Source: Octopus vulgaris (Eukaryota). Taken from it: 64,000 nt of DNA. Below are positions 22,999 through 37,548 of the stretch, piece by piece (the first letter of the stretch is position 1; each line of letters starts with the position of its first letter). The notes beneath the pieces are model-generated. The model made no database searches. It saw only the letters and a program-made list of their open reading frames with translations, and had not been told where the DNA came from. The stretch lies in contig OX597827.1 in NCBI GenBank assembly GCA_951406725.2, forward strand, positions 38,936,001 through 39,000,000, written 5' to 3'. The translations under genes were made by a program, and so were the position numbers.

Positions 22999-24693
22999 TG
23001 ACGTATAGTAGATATGTCCAACCTGTTAGCATGGCAGGACAGATATTAAAATGATGATGACGATGAGGGTGACTACCTACACAAGTGTGTAAGCCTGTTT
23101 ATACACACACACACACACACTTGAATGGAATTTAGATAAATGACATAATAACACCAGTGGTTTCTCGAATAAGTAGTTAGCAAGACAGAGTGTCATTTGT
23201 GTTCCTAGTTGAAAACTGCTAATTAGTCGACATGAAACCATTGGTATTAGACCATCAATTTGTATTTCATTAAAGAACTAATTCCCACCTTTCTGGTGTA
23301 CAAGTTCTTTCAGGTTGTTATTAAAGTAAAGTGTATGTGCATGCACACAAAAACACACACACATGGTCAGGGTGTAGACATAGTTGTAAGGTTAAGAAGT
23401 TCACTTCCCAACAATGTAATTTCAGGTTCAATCCTGCTGCACACTACCTTGGCCAATTCAGGCAACTCTCTTCTACTATTGCCCAATGTTGACCAAAACC
23501 TAGTGAGTGGATTTAGTAGGATGAAACCAAAAAGAAGTTTGTTGTATATATGCACACACACACACACATATATGTGTGTGTGTGTGTTTGTTTGAGTGCA
23601 TGTAAGTGTGCATATGTGTGTATTTACGATTCCATGTCTTGTCATTGCACAATTATTGTTAATAAACATCACTGTTATAAAAGTGGTGCCATGTCATTCA
23701 TTTGCGATCTTCGTTCAAAACATGCTTGATCACATTTCTGTTTATTTTCAGAAGACTATAGGCAATATTACCGTACTTAGAAACATGTGAAGTTTGGTGA
23801 CAGAAGGGGCATCAAGCTTAAAAGAAAAAAAATCTGCTTCAGCAAATTTTGAGTGAGCTATGCAAATATGGAAAAGTGGATGTTAAAATTATGAACGATG
23901 ATGATGATGATATATAATATTCAGTTGCAATGTGTCATAGTGTCTTTAAGTCTAAATCAAAAAGCAATAGTGACAACTTGTACATAATCTGAAGAGCCAG
24001 ACATAGATGTATGGTTGAGAATTTTGCTTCACGGCTACATAATGCCTTGGACAAGTGTCTCTTACTATAACCTTGAATTGACCAATGGCTTGTGAGTAGA
24101 ATTTTGGTAGCTGGAAACTGTGCAGAACCCCCACCCTCTGTCTAATATATATATATAATATTAATATCATCATCATCATCGTTCAGTATCTATTTTCCAT
24201 GCTGGCATTGGTTAGACAGTTTGGTAATATATATAAATATATATTAATGTTTTTTTTTTCTATGTTCAGTTATAATAAAAACAATTTTACATCAATCTGA
24301 AGGGTTACTCTATACTCTTGTAGGGCTTGTAGGGCACAAATTTATTATTCTCTAACAAGAAAATTATTGACAGATTTCAAGCTTTTAGCCAGCTAAGCTG
24401 TCTGAAACTTCAAGTCACTTTCAATGATATCCTTGTTTAGGAATAATATATAGGATGTTGCACTCATGATTGTAAGATTATGGTTTCAATTCCCAGACTG
24501 GGTAGTACGTTGTGTTCTTGAGCAAAACATTTCATTTTACATTGTTCCAGTTCACTTCTCCAATGTAAATGAGCAACTCTGCAACAGACTGATGTTTCAT
24601 TCATGAAGAAAGTGCGTGTGATCTCAGCCGCTTATATGCCATGGAAACTAGGTAACTGGCCCTATGAATCTTAGGACCGAAGGTAGTAATTAC

Positions 24694-25052
24694 GGCTTGC
24701 TTACCAACCACATAGTTCCAGGTTCAGTCCCACTGCATGGTACCTTGGGCAAGTGGCTTCTACTATAGCCTAGGGCCGACTAAAGCCTTGTGAGTGGATT
24801 TGGTAGATGGAAACTGAAAGAAGCCCATTGTATATATATATATATTTGTGTGTGTTTGTCCCCCCCGACCATCGCTTGACAACTGATGTTGATGTGTTTA
24901 CGTCCCTGTAACTTAGTGGTTTGGCAAAAGAGTCTGATAGAATAAGTACAGGCTTACAAAGAATAAGTCCTGGGGTCAATTAGTTCGATTAAAGGTGATG
25001 CTCCAGCATGGCTGCACTCAAATGACTGAAACAAGTAAAAGAATAAAAGAAT
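24694..25052 (+). mobile_element. SINE family A copy
   Basis: High similarity to 39352-39757. Confidence 0.9.
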
Positions 25053-26716
25053 GCATGTATGTGTACACATATAACTTTTCTCAGAGTAAATCAATAAGGC
25101 ATGGAAACTGAAAAAATGGTGCTTGTATTCTCTGAAGTCTTTTGTTGTGTTTGTTCTACGCAGAGTTACAGACACTCCTTTGTCATCACAATTGCTGCCA
25201 TAAATGCAGTGAACTAATGATCGGCTCATTGGAAACCTGTAACCAAGGACAGAATTGTTCACAAGATGTGATATAAAAATAAACAACCTTCTCGAACAAT
25301 CTTCACATCAATGTTTACATACACATTATAGATTATAATGAAATACAAAAGGAAGCTGAGCTGTGGAACTGGTCGATCACTAGATCAAACTTCCTTACAA
25401 TGTTTACTTTCCAATCATGTTCTTCTGAGCTAAAATCCCTTTTTGCTTTTCATCACAGGTATTTGCTGCAGTTAATTTAATTGACTATAATACAGCTGCT
25501 TCCTCTCCTTCAACTAATTTAACCACATTTGTTCTCACAGGTCTTGGGAGAAGCTGTAATGGGCATAGGCGTAGCCATAACCATTTTCTCCAAACAAAGA
25601 AAATGAAGTGTATACCCTTATGTCAATCTGAGAAAACATTATTTTATAACCAATACAAGAAGGTAGAACTGTTAGATTGCTGGACAAAATGCTTATCAGC
25701 ATTTCTTTCGGCTTTACATTGATTTCAAATGCTGCTGTGGTTGATTTTACCTTTCATCTCCAGTTCAGTATCAGAATCAATGTAATTGAACCCCTTCTAC
25801 CTTCTCGTAAGTTTCAGACCTTGTGCCTATTGTAGAAAAAAATTATTACCAATATGATAAACGAATATATGTATCTATATTATGCAAATTAATAAAGAAG
25901 GCTTTATGTGGTTGCCTGATATGCTAGAAATAGCAGCTAATTTTCTTTTAAATGATATCCTACCATTTGTACTAATGGCTGAAGGATCAACATTTCATGC
26001 TCCATCATTTGTATTGTGTTCTTCAAGAAGACACTTAGATCGCCAATGGCTCAGTCCACCTAGCTGCAAAGAGGTGAAAATCACTGTAAATCAGTAACAT
26101 GGAGAAAGAGACACACAAACTACCACTGTATTCAACTCAACTGGCAGTAAATAGGTAAGCAGTGGGAGCATAGCACAAATGACAGATGATTCAATGACTT
26201 GTATTGCTGAGGTCAAATATTTACCAAATTTATTAAACTCAGAGAGGGAGGGAGAGTGACTCTCCAGACATTATCAGAGTTTATTCACCTACAGATGAAT
26301 ATATTTCATTAGTAGAAAAACGAAAAAAGTCAAGTAATCAATTATTTATCACATTAGTGCGAGATAAATAGATATCTATTGATTTGATATTGTTTTGTTT
26401 AAAACTGAACAACGACGCAAGAAGTGAATATCAATTTAATTAATTAATCTATAAATGTGGAACTCAGCTATTTTTCTTTATAAACTGTTTTGCAATTACT
26501 TTCTAGTGTTTGTATGGGTGTAGTGGTTTATTTTTCGCAGCAAACTTTAATAGCTGGATGTCCCTTCTTATCGCTTTTAACCACTAAAATGTTAACACTG
26601 GAAACTATTTTTTTTTTGAGTCAGGCGAACTAGAGCAACAACAGCACAAGTGCATTTTATGTGGCACTGCATGAGTTGATCTAGTCTTTTTTATTTAGCA
26701 AGCAAACTAGAGCAAC

Positions 26717-27040
26717 CTATGCTGGTGCTATGCAAGAAGCACTCATGCTGGTTTCACGTAAAAAAAAAGCATCCATGCCAGTGTCACGTGTAAAATACCC
26801 ATGCTGGTGCCACATACAAAGCACTTGTGCTGGTGTCATGTATAAAGCACCTGTGCTGGTGCCACATAAAAAGCACCCAGTATACCCTGGAAAGTGGATG
26901 ATGTTAGGAAGGGCATCCACCTGTAGAAACCATGCCAAAACAGACAATACAAGCCTGGCCAGCCCTCCAGCTGGCCAACTCCTATCAAACCATCCAACCC
27001 ATACCGGCATGGATGGAAAATGGACGTTAAATGATGATGA
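26717..27040 (+). mobile_element. Repeat family C variant with 5' tandem ~25-bp units
   Basis: About six units of ~cctgtgctggtgccacataaaaagca precede the family C core and gatgat tail. Explains ORFs 26717-27184 and 26730-27101. Confidence 0.8.
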
Positions 27041-27479
27041 AACTAGAGCAAGCAGAGTCAGTGTTTTGCTGAAGAAGTACAACATAATAATAGGAGTATG
27101 ATCTGAGCTTGTGACCATGGGGGTTATAGACAAGTCCCAGGATATTAAACCCATGGCCATCTTTTTTTCCAAATTGAAATTCAATACAAGCTAGAATTAT
27201 TAATCTTTAATGTAGGCACGAGGCCATACAATCAACCAACTCAACCACGATACTTGACTAGTACTTATTTCATCAAACCTAGAAGGGCAAAAAGCAACAC
27301 TGATCCGGATTGGATCTGAGATTATAAAGAGACATAAACTAAATAATGCAAAATTCATAATTTACTATAAACTAAATTTAGCAGAGCATGTCATTGAAAG
27401 AAGAAAATTGTTTACTTCCAATATATCATTATGTTGCGAACATTTCTTTACAAAACTTTTTAAAATAAAAATAAAAAGG

Positions 27480-27728
27480 ATCAAAGGTCCTTCTTGAGCC
27501 ATAGGCTCACAAGCCTGGTTTCCAGTATTCTGTGGCGTATATATTCACTCCACGGATGAGATGCAGGTCCATCATATGATTACTCACTTTGGCCAGCTGA
27601 GTGGACTGGAGCAACGTCAAATGAAGTGTTTTGCTCAAGAACACAATACATTACTTGGTCCAGGAATCGAAATCACTATCTCATGATCATGAATGCAACA
27701 CCCCAACCACTAAGCCATGTGCCTCCAC
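27480..27728 (-). mobile_element. SINE family D-related copy
   Basis: ccagctgagtggactggagcaacg...ttgctcaagaacac...ccaaccactaagccatgtgcctcc. Confidence 0.75.
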
Positions 27729-29539
27729 TTACAAAGCTTTACAAATTGTGAATTTCATAATGTTAACCATTCAAACATAAAATAATTCCCTTACTAAGCA
27801 TTATATAAGAATACAAGATTCATCCTAATAAAGAATAAATGGGAACAGAAAAAAAGAACTATACAAATATTGTATGAAATTTTAAAGTGGAGTGTGCAGC
27901 TATGAAGAGCTGTATCAGTGCAAACTCCTGGCAGGGCCTCCCATCCTGGATAGACCAAAGGATAATTTTGGCCAGACTAATATGGTCACCTCTATCTAGT
28001 AAAAATCAAAGTTACAGAAACATTGATGAGAATTCAAAAACCAAGATGTGGGAGAGGAAGGCTTTCTCTCAGGGAAGCATGATACAATGCAACAAAATCC
28101 AAAAGGAAGCTACAAGGCTGACTCCTCCTCTGATTACCAAGAGAAGAGCTGTGAAAGAAGGGGTTGAGGTGATGGCAGCTGTCTGTGGAATAGCCAAGAT
28201 CTAACTGGAGAGAAGCAGAAAAGGCATTTCAGAGTTGAAAACAGTGGGGGGGGGGGGATAAGTCATTAATGGCCTTTGCTCCACAAGGAGTGAAGGGCTG
28301 AAGTAAATAAGTTGTTAATTTGCAGCAAAGTTATTTGATAAAGAGTGTAAACTTCAGTGTAGTGTAACTCAGATCAACAAAGAGAATATCCTTTTGAGAG
28401 CAAATCCTGGTTCTAACTAATCTCCTCTTGTATGCAAAAATCTCTAGATATTCTATATTCCAGACATCGGCTTACTAATAGAAAAATTATTTATGCAATT
28501 CCTCCAAATTTTCTATTGTTTTCAAAATTAATTTAAATGCAGACAGAATTTCAATAGAATTATTGTCACAAAGCAGTTGAATAGTGAAACCTTTTCTACT
28601 AATCTTTTAATAATGACTTGCCTGAAATCGACTCTGATTTTAACAATATGAAAGCTTTGTTTTAATAAGTTCTTATTTAAATTGGAAGGTTTTATTATAA
28701 TTTTATAAGAACCTTTATTTAGTTATATATTCCAAACAGTAGTTTGGAATCTATAACTGTTTGGAAAAAATATATTAATAAATGAAATGTGGCAATGATG
28801 AAACCACTATGTGATTACTTGATCTGCTAGAAGTAGTAAGCAAATCTCACTTAAATCACACACCTTCGGGAGCCATAATAAGATATTGTAGCTTTAGATA
28901 TGCAACACCTAAAAGAACACCATTGTCATTAGTGAAAGCATTCAATCAACAACACTGACCTCAGACTAAACAACAACAATTAAATGTTAAAGCTATTTTA
29001 CTAAATCCTTGTAAATTCTCACTTATTTCCAAAATTAACTGAAGTAGATAGACAGTGTATTATTAGAAATATGGTGACAAGAAGGTTAAAAAAATAATCT
29101 AGTTATATTGTTTATTACAGTCTCGTATAGGTTTTTTTGGCAAATGATTTGATCTGAAGTCATGTGTTGAAACAGATATTGTTATATTTTTGTTGGCTAC
29201 GGGGGTTTTTTTCCACACTCCGTTTGTCAAATTGCCAACTGTTAAATACACACACACACATAAAGTACAGTTAATTAATTATTCACATTTTTATCATCTT
29301 TCTTTTCAGTCTGTTATTAGCATCCCATTTATATAAAAGTTGTAGTTATTTCATCAACATGGGTTGTAGGCAACCAAATCTGTTGTTTGGTTCAGCACCA
29401 CTGCCTGGCTTTTGGCCATCCACCTTCAATGGAGTTCACTTTGTTGTAAGCATCTGAACCAGGCCTTGATCCTGAAGAGTACTCCCTCCGACAGGTTTTC
29501 TGAAAAGGGTTCCCTCTTCTGATTCCATCTAAGCAATTC

Positions 29540-29833
29540 TTTTATCTTTTATTTATTTTAGTCATAAGACTGCGACCATGCTGGGGCACCACCTTGAAGA
29601 ACTTTTAGTCAAATGAAAATTGACCCCAATGCTTATTTATTTTTTTAAAGCCTGGTACTTATTCTATCAGTCTCTGTTTGCCAAACAACTAAGTTATGGA
29701 GATGTAAGCAAACCAACACCTTCCATCTATCAAATCCGCTCACAAGGCTTTGTCCAAGGTACCAATTAGTGGGACTGAACCCAGAACTACATGGATGGGA
29801 AACAAGCTTCTAACCACCTAGCCACACCTGCAC
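29540..29833 (-). mobile_element. SINE family A copy (internally deleted)
   Basis: gcgaccatgctggggcacc...gggactgaacccag. Confidence 0.75.
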
Positions 29834-30171
29834 TTCTCCAATTAAGAAAAGATTTTTTCTTTTTAGAAAGACACCCATCTGTTTACTGTGTAGAATGGCT
29901 GAGTATTTCAGACATCTATCCTATTTAAGGAGATCTTCAAGAAGACTGAGCTGGGCTTTTGAATCACAGGTACATCATCTGATGGATCACCATACTGTTT
30001 TCATTTACTCAATTTCACCCATAAAGCTTGAGTTAATCAAAGGCTATGATAGAAGTCAAGATACTATAGAGTGGGACTGAATTTGGAACCTCGTGATTGA
30101 GAAGTGAACTTCCTAAACACTCAGCCATGTGCCCATAAAATACAAAAAAAAACAAAAAAAAAAAACTAGTG

Positions 30172-30382
30172 TTTAAACTGACCATATCTGGTTCAAATAT
30201 TCTGGATGTTTTATATTCAAACTAGCTAGATTTAGCCTCTTTCACCTACCCTACACTGTCACCCTAAAACTAAACAATCACACCATTGAAATCTCAAATC
30301 TCAAAGATAATGCATGATTAATTTAAAACAATGTGAACAGATAAGTATTGCATTTAACAGAGTAATCCAAATGCTAAAAGGT
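30172..30382. mobile_element. piggyBac-type MITE copy
   Basis: tttaaactgaccatatctgg...cacctaccctacac...aatgctaaaaggttaa. Confidence 0.7.
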
Positions 30383-30617
30383 TAAACGTGTGTATTCAGC
30401 TTAAATTAGGAAATGGTGAGGATTGAAATTTTGTAAATAGAATTGTAAGTCTTCACCATACATTGTTACCATGGATCTGAATCAGAATTGCCCTGGGTCT
30501 AAAAACACCAACAACAATTAGTTAACGTCGTGAAGGTAAATTTACAGAACCTAATAAGTTAAGTGTTATATTTGACCACTAGAACAATGCTAAACAACTT
30601 CAGTTTTGGGGTATCTC

Positions 30618-30947
30618 TATCTTTTACTTGCTTCAGTCATTGGACTGAGGTCATGCTGGGGCACTACCTTGAAGGGTTTAGGTGAACAAATAAATCAACT
30701 CCAGTACTTATATTTTTAAACCTGGTACTTATTTAACCAATTTCTTTTGCTGAACTGGTAAGTTACAGGGATGTAAATAACCCAACACTGGTTGTCAAGT
30801 AGTGGTGGGGAACAAGCACAAAGACACACATACATGAATACACACACACAACCCATGCCAGCTTGGAAAATGGATGTTAAATGATGATGATGGTACATAT
30901 ATACACACATATACACATACTCCAGGCTACTTTCAGTTTCCATCTAC
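30618..30947 (-). mobile_element. SINE family A copy with family C tail fragment
   Basis: cttttacttgcttcagtcatt...ttcagtttccatctac. Confidence 0.75.
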
Positions 30948-33619
30948 TGTATGTAAGTAAATAAAAGAATAAGCAAAACACAGACAGGCTTACACACAAA
31001 CTGATGCAAAGAAAACAAAACAAAAAGAATAAGAAAAAGAGAAAAAAAAATCATTTTAAAATTAACAGTGGAAGGAAATAATATTATTCACAGATGTTGG
31101 CCTTAAAAGGTCAACAACTAGTTTAAAAGTAATTGACATTTTACTAATTAGAAACTGTGTGAGAGGTGTGTTTGTGTGGACAAGCTTTATTGCTAATGAT
31201 GTTAGGATTTTATGAAGTGGTCTGGCAATTTTTAAACTTTTAAAGACATCACTAGATTTTACTGGAAGTAGAACTAAACTGTATTGTACTATAGGGGTTA
31301 TGCGTTCAAGTCAGCTGTAGGTGTTTTGTTGTGTCACACTGGACAGGACACTCATTTATTATTTAAAATCATGGCTGTGTGGCTAAGAAGTTTGCTTTGG
31401 ATTCAGTCCTATGATTCAGCACCTTGGACAAGTGTCCTTGATGATGGTACCAGGCAAACTGGTGCCTTGTAAGTGAAAATGGTAGACTGCTAGTGTTTTG
31501 TAGTCCATCGTGTGTGTGTGAGAGAGAGAGCGAGCGAGCGAGTGAGCATGCATCCAAATGTTGAAATTCACTGGGTGTGTTTGTCACAGCCTGAGCAAAA
31601 CAGTAAGAGCAAGTTTACATTCCTTGTAGACATTATGACCAGTTACTATGCACTTTTGAAGACCTGGGAAATTAAAAACTTCTTACTAAAAAGAAAAAAT
31701 AAACAGTAGGGTTCGTGATGGGAAGGCATCCAGCCAGATGCCCCAAATAAGTCTTGGTCCAAACCATGCCAGCATACAAAAACAGATATATAAATGTGTG
31801 TATATGTGTATGTATGCATGGATGGGTGGATCCATGTACCTTTGAACTGACACTGCTTCAATGGTGACGTTTATGTCTTGTAAACAAAACGTCAAGTAGT
31901 AGTTTGATATGCAAAAATGTAGAACAAAGTACCTCACTTGAAAAACAGGAAGGTCATTTAGCCACAGAATACTGCCTCAAGAATGCTCACCTAACCCATG
32001 CCAGCAAGATAAAACCAGACATAAAAGTAATGACACTGAAGTAATAGGCAGAATGTTCAAGGAAAGTTTACCTGCAAGAAACTATCATCCCTAAAAGAAC
32101 AACCCCAAGAATAGTACAACTTAGGGCCACTGCTAACATTTTATGTACGTCAGGGGTTATTAATCTTTCTTGTTCCACCTACTTTATGATAACTTTTTTT
32201 AAACCCTGTGAATGCAGAAAGTGGATATTTCCTCTGAAAATTGTATTACTGTTAACTGCGCAAAGTGGTTTTACCCAACAGATTTGAAAAAAAAAAAAAG
32301 AAATGCTCCTTGTACTGCAAGAAGTGGAGACACTTTTTGCAAAAGACAATTTTTCAGATTTTCTTAATTTTTTTTTTCCTTCATATATTTCATCAAATAT
32401 ATCTTTAAAGAGCAAGAATAAAATATGTTTAGTGGTGGATATGGAAAATATTGCAGGAACAGAAAATATCAATTCAATTTTTTGGTGGATAATTAACACC
32501 ATTACAGAAATGACCATGAAATTTAATTATGCCGTCAAAGGGTTAAAGAAATATATCTCGTCTCTGTTTTGGTCAATAATTTTAAGTTTGCATTCCTACC
32601 ATAATAAAACTGACAAAAAGAAGAAATTTAAAAGACTATTTTTAAGCATTATTAAGTTCAAATAAATAATGGTAAAAAAAGGGCAAACAACAATGCTATT
32701 TCACCTATTTATGAACTAATGATTATGAACAGATCGTAGAAAAAGACAATCATTTGAATTACACTACTCTAATGATGACACAGTAATTAATTAACAAAGT
32801 ATACAATACAGATCATTAAATACAAAATAGGAAAGAAGAAAAAATGCCATTTTCTTGACTAGGAGATCTACTTCAAATGTTCTTTCAGCTTCAGATTTTT
32901 AAATTTCATATTTGAAGAAAGAAAATTTACACATGCAGAATCAAACAAATTTTCCCCCTGGGTAGGCAACATTTACCAGAATTTTGAAGCCCTTGATGTA
33001 AACTTTTTTTTTTTTTTTGCTCTCAGACTATTTTCTTCATCTTTGAAGTTTTGTTGAACTTGGCTCAGGATCGAACCTGAAACCTTCACGACATTGCCAT
33101 TTTAACATAGTTTTAAGCGATAGTCCCAAGAACTGCCTCCATATATTCTTTTTGGTATTTGGGGGTCTTTGCTGATAATTGCTGGTATTTGTTTCCAAGA
33201 GAGTTTTTAGAGTCACTATCACACAAGCAGTCTCCTTTGAAAACCTTTCTGTTCAAGGGCGAAATACAACCTTACTAGAAACAAGTGAGGGTTAGTTACA
33301 GTAAAGGCTCTGCCTCAACAACTTCCATCTGACTCATGCAAGCACTGGAAAGTGGACATTAACAAAATGATGATGATGATAATGAGTCAGCAGGGTAATA
33401 TGCAATACACTTCTTGCCAAACTAGGTAGTGTTAATTAATCCTGAGTAGTTGGGAGCAGGTACTAAGAATGATATTTTTTGAGAAAGTTGCCTAGGTGGT
33501 AGTAAGATGATTTCTCAACTGCCTAATATTAAGAAAACCACTGTTAATCAGTGATCCTATGGTGGACCATTTTAATTTGTGGAAAAGATTATCTTTACCC
33601 TTTCACAGCTGCAGGTGAC

Positions 33620-33862
33620 TTTGGTCCATGTACCAGCAAGTAGTCAATATCTGGTGCTGCCATGTATAAAGCACTGGTGCTGGTGCCACATTAAAAAAAA
33701 AGCACCCAGTATACTCTGTAAAGTGATTGGTGTTAGGAGGGCACTCAGCCATAGACACCATGCCAAAACAGGTAATTGGAGCCTGCTGTAGCTTTCCAGC
33801 TCCTGTCAAACTGTCTAACCCATGCCAGTATGGAAAATGGGCATTAAATGATGATGATGATA
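33620..33862 (+). mobile_element. Repeat family C variant
   Basis: ggtgctggtgccacatt...aacccatgccagtatggaaaatgggcattaaatgatgatgat. Confidence 0.75.
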
Positions 33863-34384
33863 ATTGTGTTTAATGAACCACTGGTAGCTGTTGGCTATGA
33901 TCTATTTTAAAGTCCTGCTGTTTGTTACACCAACTGTGCTGCAGTTTCTTGGCTGTTTACTTCCTGTTTTTCATGTTCAGAATGCTGTTAGCAAGTGAAC
34001 ATTCAAGGTTTTCCATCCCCATTCCTACCATGTGTGTTTTGAAAACAAATTATGTACATATAGCAACAACAACTCACCAAAACCACAAAATAAAGTACTG
34101 AAGAGAACTTTAAATGCAAGTTTCTGATTCAGAATTTAGTGCTAGTTTGGACTCCATTATTCATTATCCTCTTTTCTTAAAGATGGTAATGTGCATTTGT
34201 ATTCGAAGGTGATTTTTGCTGCTATTTCAAGCAAGCTGAATCATCATACTCAGGTTCCTTTGTTTTCTCAACATACAATAATGTCTAAAATCATAGTTAA
34301 ACCACCTTGGTAAAGCTTATCCATGAGGGGCTTGTCCAGTCAACCATCTCCCCCCTCTCACATTTCATCCCCCAACACCCAAAA

Positions 34385-34645
34385 AGCACTAGCGATGGTG
34401 TCACGCAAAAGCACTGGTGATAGTGCCACATAAACACACTGGTGACGGTGCCACGTAAAAGGCACCCAGTACACTCTGTAAAGTAGCTGGTGTTAGGAAG
34501 GGGATCCAGCTGTAGAAACCAAGTTGAAACAGACTATGGAACCTGGTGCAGCTCTCTGCCAAGTCAGCTCCTGTCAAAGCATCTAGCCCATGCTTGCAAG
34601 GGAAATGGATGTTAGATGATGATGATGATGATAATGATGATGAAT
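34385..34645 (+). mobile_element. Repeat family C variant with tandem 5' units
   Basis: Three ~gcactggtgacggtgccacgtaaaa units, then the core and (GAT)n. Confidence 0.75.
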
Positions 34646-36681
34646 GAATATTGACTATCTAAAACCATATTCATCTTGACAGTGTGTTACTGGGGAAACC
34701 CATGTCATAACACTAAAGTAGTACTACAAGATAAATCATCAACATTGTTTTTTGCAATACTTGTATGGGTCAGACAGAATTTGTTGAGGCAGATTTTTCT
34801 ACAGTTGAATGCTTTCCAGTTGCCAACCCTTTCTTTCTTTACAAGCAAGGTAATATTTCCCTCATAACTGGACATGTTTTTATGGAAGACTGGAAATGAA
34901 GAATACAGCTTGAAAGATGGTGACACCTACAATTATCATGCACTATCAAGATGAGGAAGTGCACGCACACACATACACACATTTACAACATACTTCTTTC
35001 AGTTTCTGTCTTCCAAATCCACTCACAAGGCTTTGGTTGACCAGGAGCATTAATAGAAGACACTTGCTAAAAGTGCCATGCAATAGGATTGAACCTAAGG
35101 CCACATGGTTGGGAAGCAAACTTCTTAACCACACAGTCATGCCTTTTCAATATTTTTCCTATTAAAAAAAGTATTAAAATAACTCTCAACAGTAATTTTT
35201 GAAAATGAATATACTTTTATATTTCATAAATATTAATTTCTCTCTTGGGTAAAAGGAACAGTTATAATTGATTAAATTGTCCCTACTGTATAAGTGGTAC
35301 TTTATTTTAATTCAAACACCTCAGAGATGAAAAGCAAAAAAGATTTTGACTTAGAACACATTATTAATTAATGAACTAAAATTTTAAAAAACAGTAGAAA
35401 AGACTTTTAAAGACAACTTTCCTTCTAAAGATAAGAAACATGTTTATTAAAGATAATAACATTTTATAAACGATCTAGTCTATGTTTATGGCACCTGAGA
35501 GAATTGAAGTGATATAGAATTAAGTGTACAAGCCTAAATACCTTTCCTAGATACCTACAACAGATTTAAACCAAAGATCTAGGAGCTGGCAGTCCAAAAT
35601 GTATATCTACTTGGCCATTTCATTTCTGCTAGTTGTGAGCGAAAAAAGTTAAAAAGCTTAGGTTAAAGAAGCCTTTAACACTTAGTCCAGTTCCCTTTGT
35701 TAAGTTCACAAAGGTTGAAAGCTGAATTGGGAAGGAAGGCAAAAGATCTCAGCCTGCAAAATGAAAGCCTCTAATGCTGATGCACATAATGAACATATAG
35801 CTTTTTTAATTTATTATTTTTCATGGTTTAGTCAGAAGGAAGAGACAATATCCATGATCTTTGTACATACATTGAGATTGATAAGATTGGTTTCAAATTT
35901 TGACACAAGGCCAGCAATTTTAAGGGACAGGGTAACTTGACTGGCACTTATTTTATTGATTCTGAAAGAACAAAAGGCAAAGTCGATCACGGCGGAATTT
36001 GAACTCAGAAGTAAAGTTGTGAAAAATGCCGCTAAGTATTTTTTCCGGTGTGGCAATGGTTTTGCCGGTCCACTGCCTTACTGAGACTAATGAGATTAAT
36101 ACAGTTTTTATGTTCCGCTTGACCATTTGTAAATCAACATCTAGAGGAAAAGTAGAGCAAGGAAGGAATACCACAAGTTTGGCCTTTTGGGTGAAATGGT
36201 TAAACAGGATGCTGGGAAAGATGAAATACAGTAGGGGTGATAAGAGATAGAAAGAGGCATTTTGGGTTTTGGATGGGCTTGAATGTATAAGGTATAAAAT
36301 TATAAAGTATAGTGAAGTAGAGGTTGTTGTAGAAGTGATAGAGTAGACAAAGAAACAACTTGTCTGTGGGCCAGACGTCAAGGAGCATGGTGATGAGTGT
36401 CTTTGCTATTCAGATGGATGCAGTTTTGTGTAAGAGAACAAAACTTCGTCACAGATCTTATTTCACTTCTGTACAAAGTCAACAACCGTTCAGCTGTTTT
36501 TTGGTCCAAAAGAAAGAGCCTTTGCCATGGCTGTTTCCCCATAATTTTTACTCCCAAAAGTTTCAATCCAACAAGGCTGTACGTAAAGAGGGCATAGAGT
36601 GGCTTTTTAAGGATGCCATCATGATGACGTATACCAGTCATAGGTTAAGGCCTGCAGGTATTTCTGAATGGTATGCCTTAA

Positions 36682-36893
36682 CCCATTAGTGTTCTGCCAA
36701 AATTAATGCTTATTTATTCTCATTGTTTTGAACTAATCATGCATTATCTTGTGGCTTTGAGATTTTGATGGGGCAACCGTTAATTTTTAGAATGATATTG
36801 TAAGGTTGGTGGGAGAAGCCAGATCTGGCCAGTTTAAACATAAAACAGGCAGAATACTTTTGGCCGGATATGGCCGGTTTAATTGCTAAAGGG
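36682..36893. mobile_element. piggyBac-type MITE copy (reverse orientation)
   Basis: ttaa|cccattag...ggatatggccggtttaattgctaaaggg|tta. Confidence 0.75.
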
Positions 36894-36896
36894 TTA

Positions 36897-37286
36897 CTCT
36901 TTTACTTGTTTCAGTCATTTGACTGCGGCCATGCTGGAGCACCGCCTTTAATCGAGCAACTCGACCCCGGGACTTATTCTTTTGTAAGCCCTGTACTTAT
37001 TTTATCGGTCTCTTTTGCCGAACCGTTAAGTAACGGAGACATAAACACACCAACATCAGTTGTCAAGCAATGCTAGGGGGACTAACACAGACACACACAC
37101 GCATATATATATATATATATATCATCATCATCGTTTAACGTCCGTTCTCCATGCTAGCATGGGTTGGACAGTTCGACCGGGGATCTGGGAAGCCAGAAGG
37201 CTGCACCAGGCTCCAGGCTTATCTGGCAATGTTTCTACAGCTGGATGCCCTTCCTAACGCCAACCACTCCATGAGTGTAGTGGGTG

Positions 37287-37331
<45 letters not shown>

Positions 37332-37490
37332 TATATACGACGGGCTTCTTTCAGTTTCTGTCTACCAAATCCACTCACAAGGCTTTGGTCGGCCCGAGGC
37401 TATAGTAGAAGATACTTGCCCAAGGTGCCACGCAGTGGGACTGAACCCGGAACCATGTGGTTGGTAAACAAGCTACTTACCACACAGCCA
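36897..37490 (-). mobile_element. Young SINE family A with a family C fragment (37122-37290) inserted in its central microsatellite
   Basis: CpG-intact family A halves flank catcatcatcgtttaacgtcc...gtagtgggtgc. Confidence 0.9.
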
Positions 37491-37548
37491 GAAAATTAGT
37501 TTGAATTGTTTTTGTAGTGTGGTCTGTCTGATAATGAGTATGTCTCAC

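Noticed and set aside
36120-36680. Cluster of overlapping 60-140 aa ORFs
   Set aside because: No recognisable motifs or consistent splice sites. Probably a decayed retroelement, but it could not be assigned.
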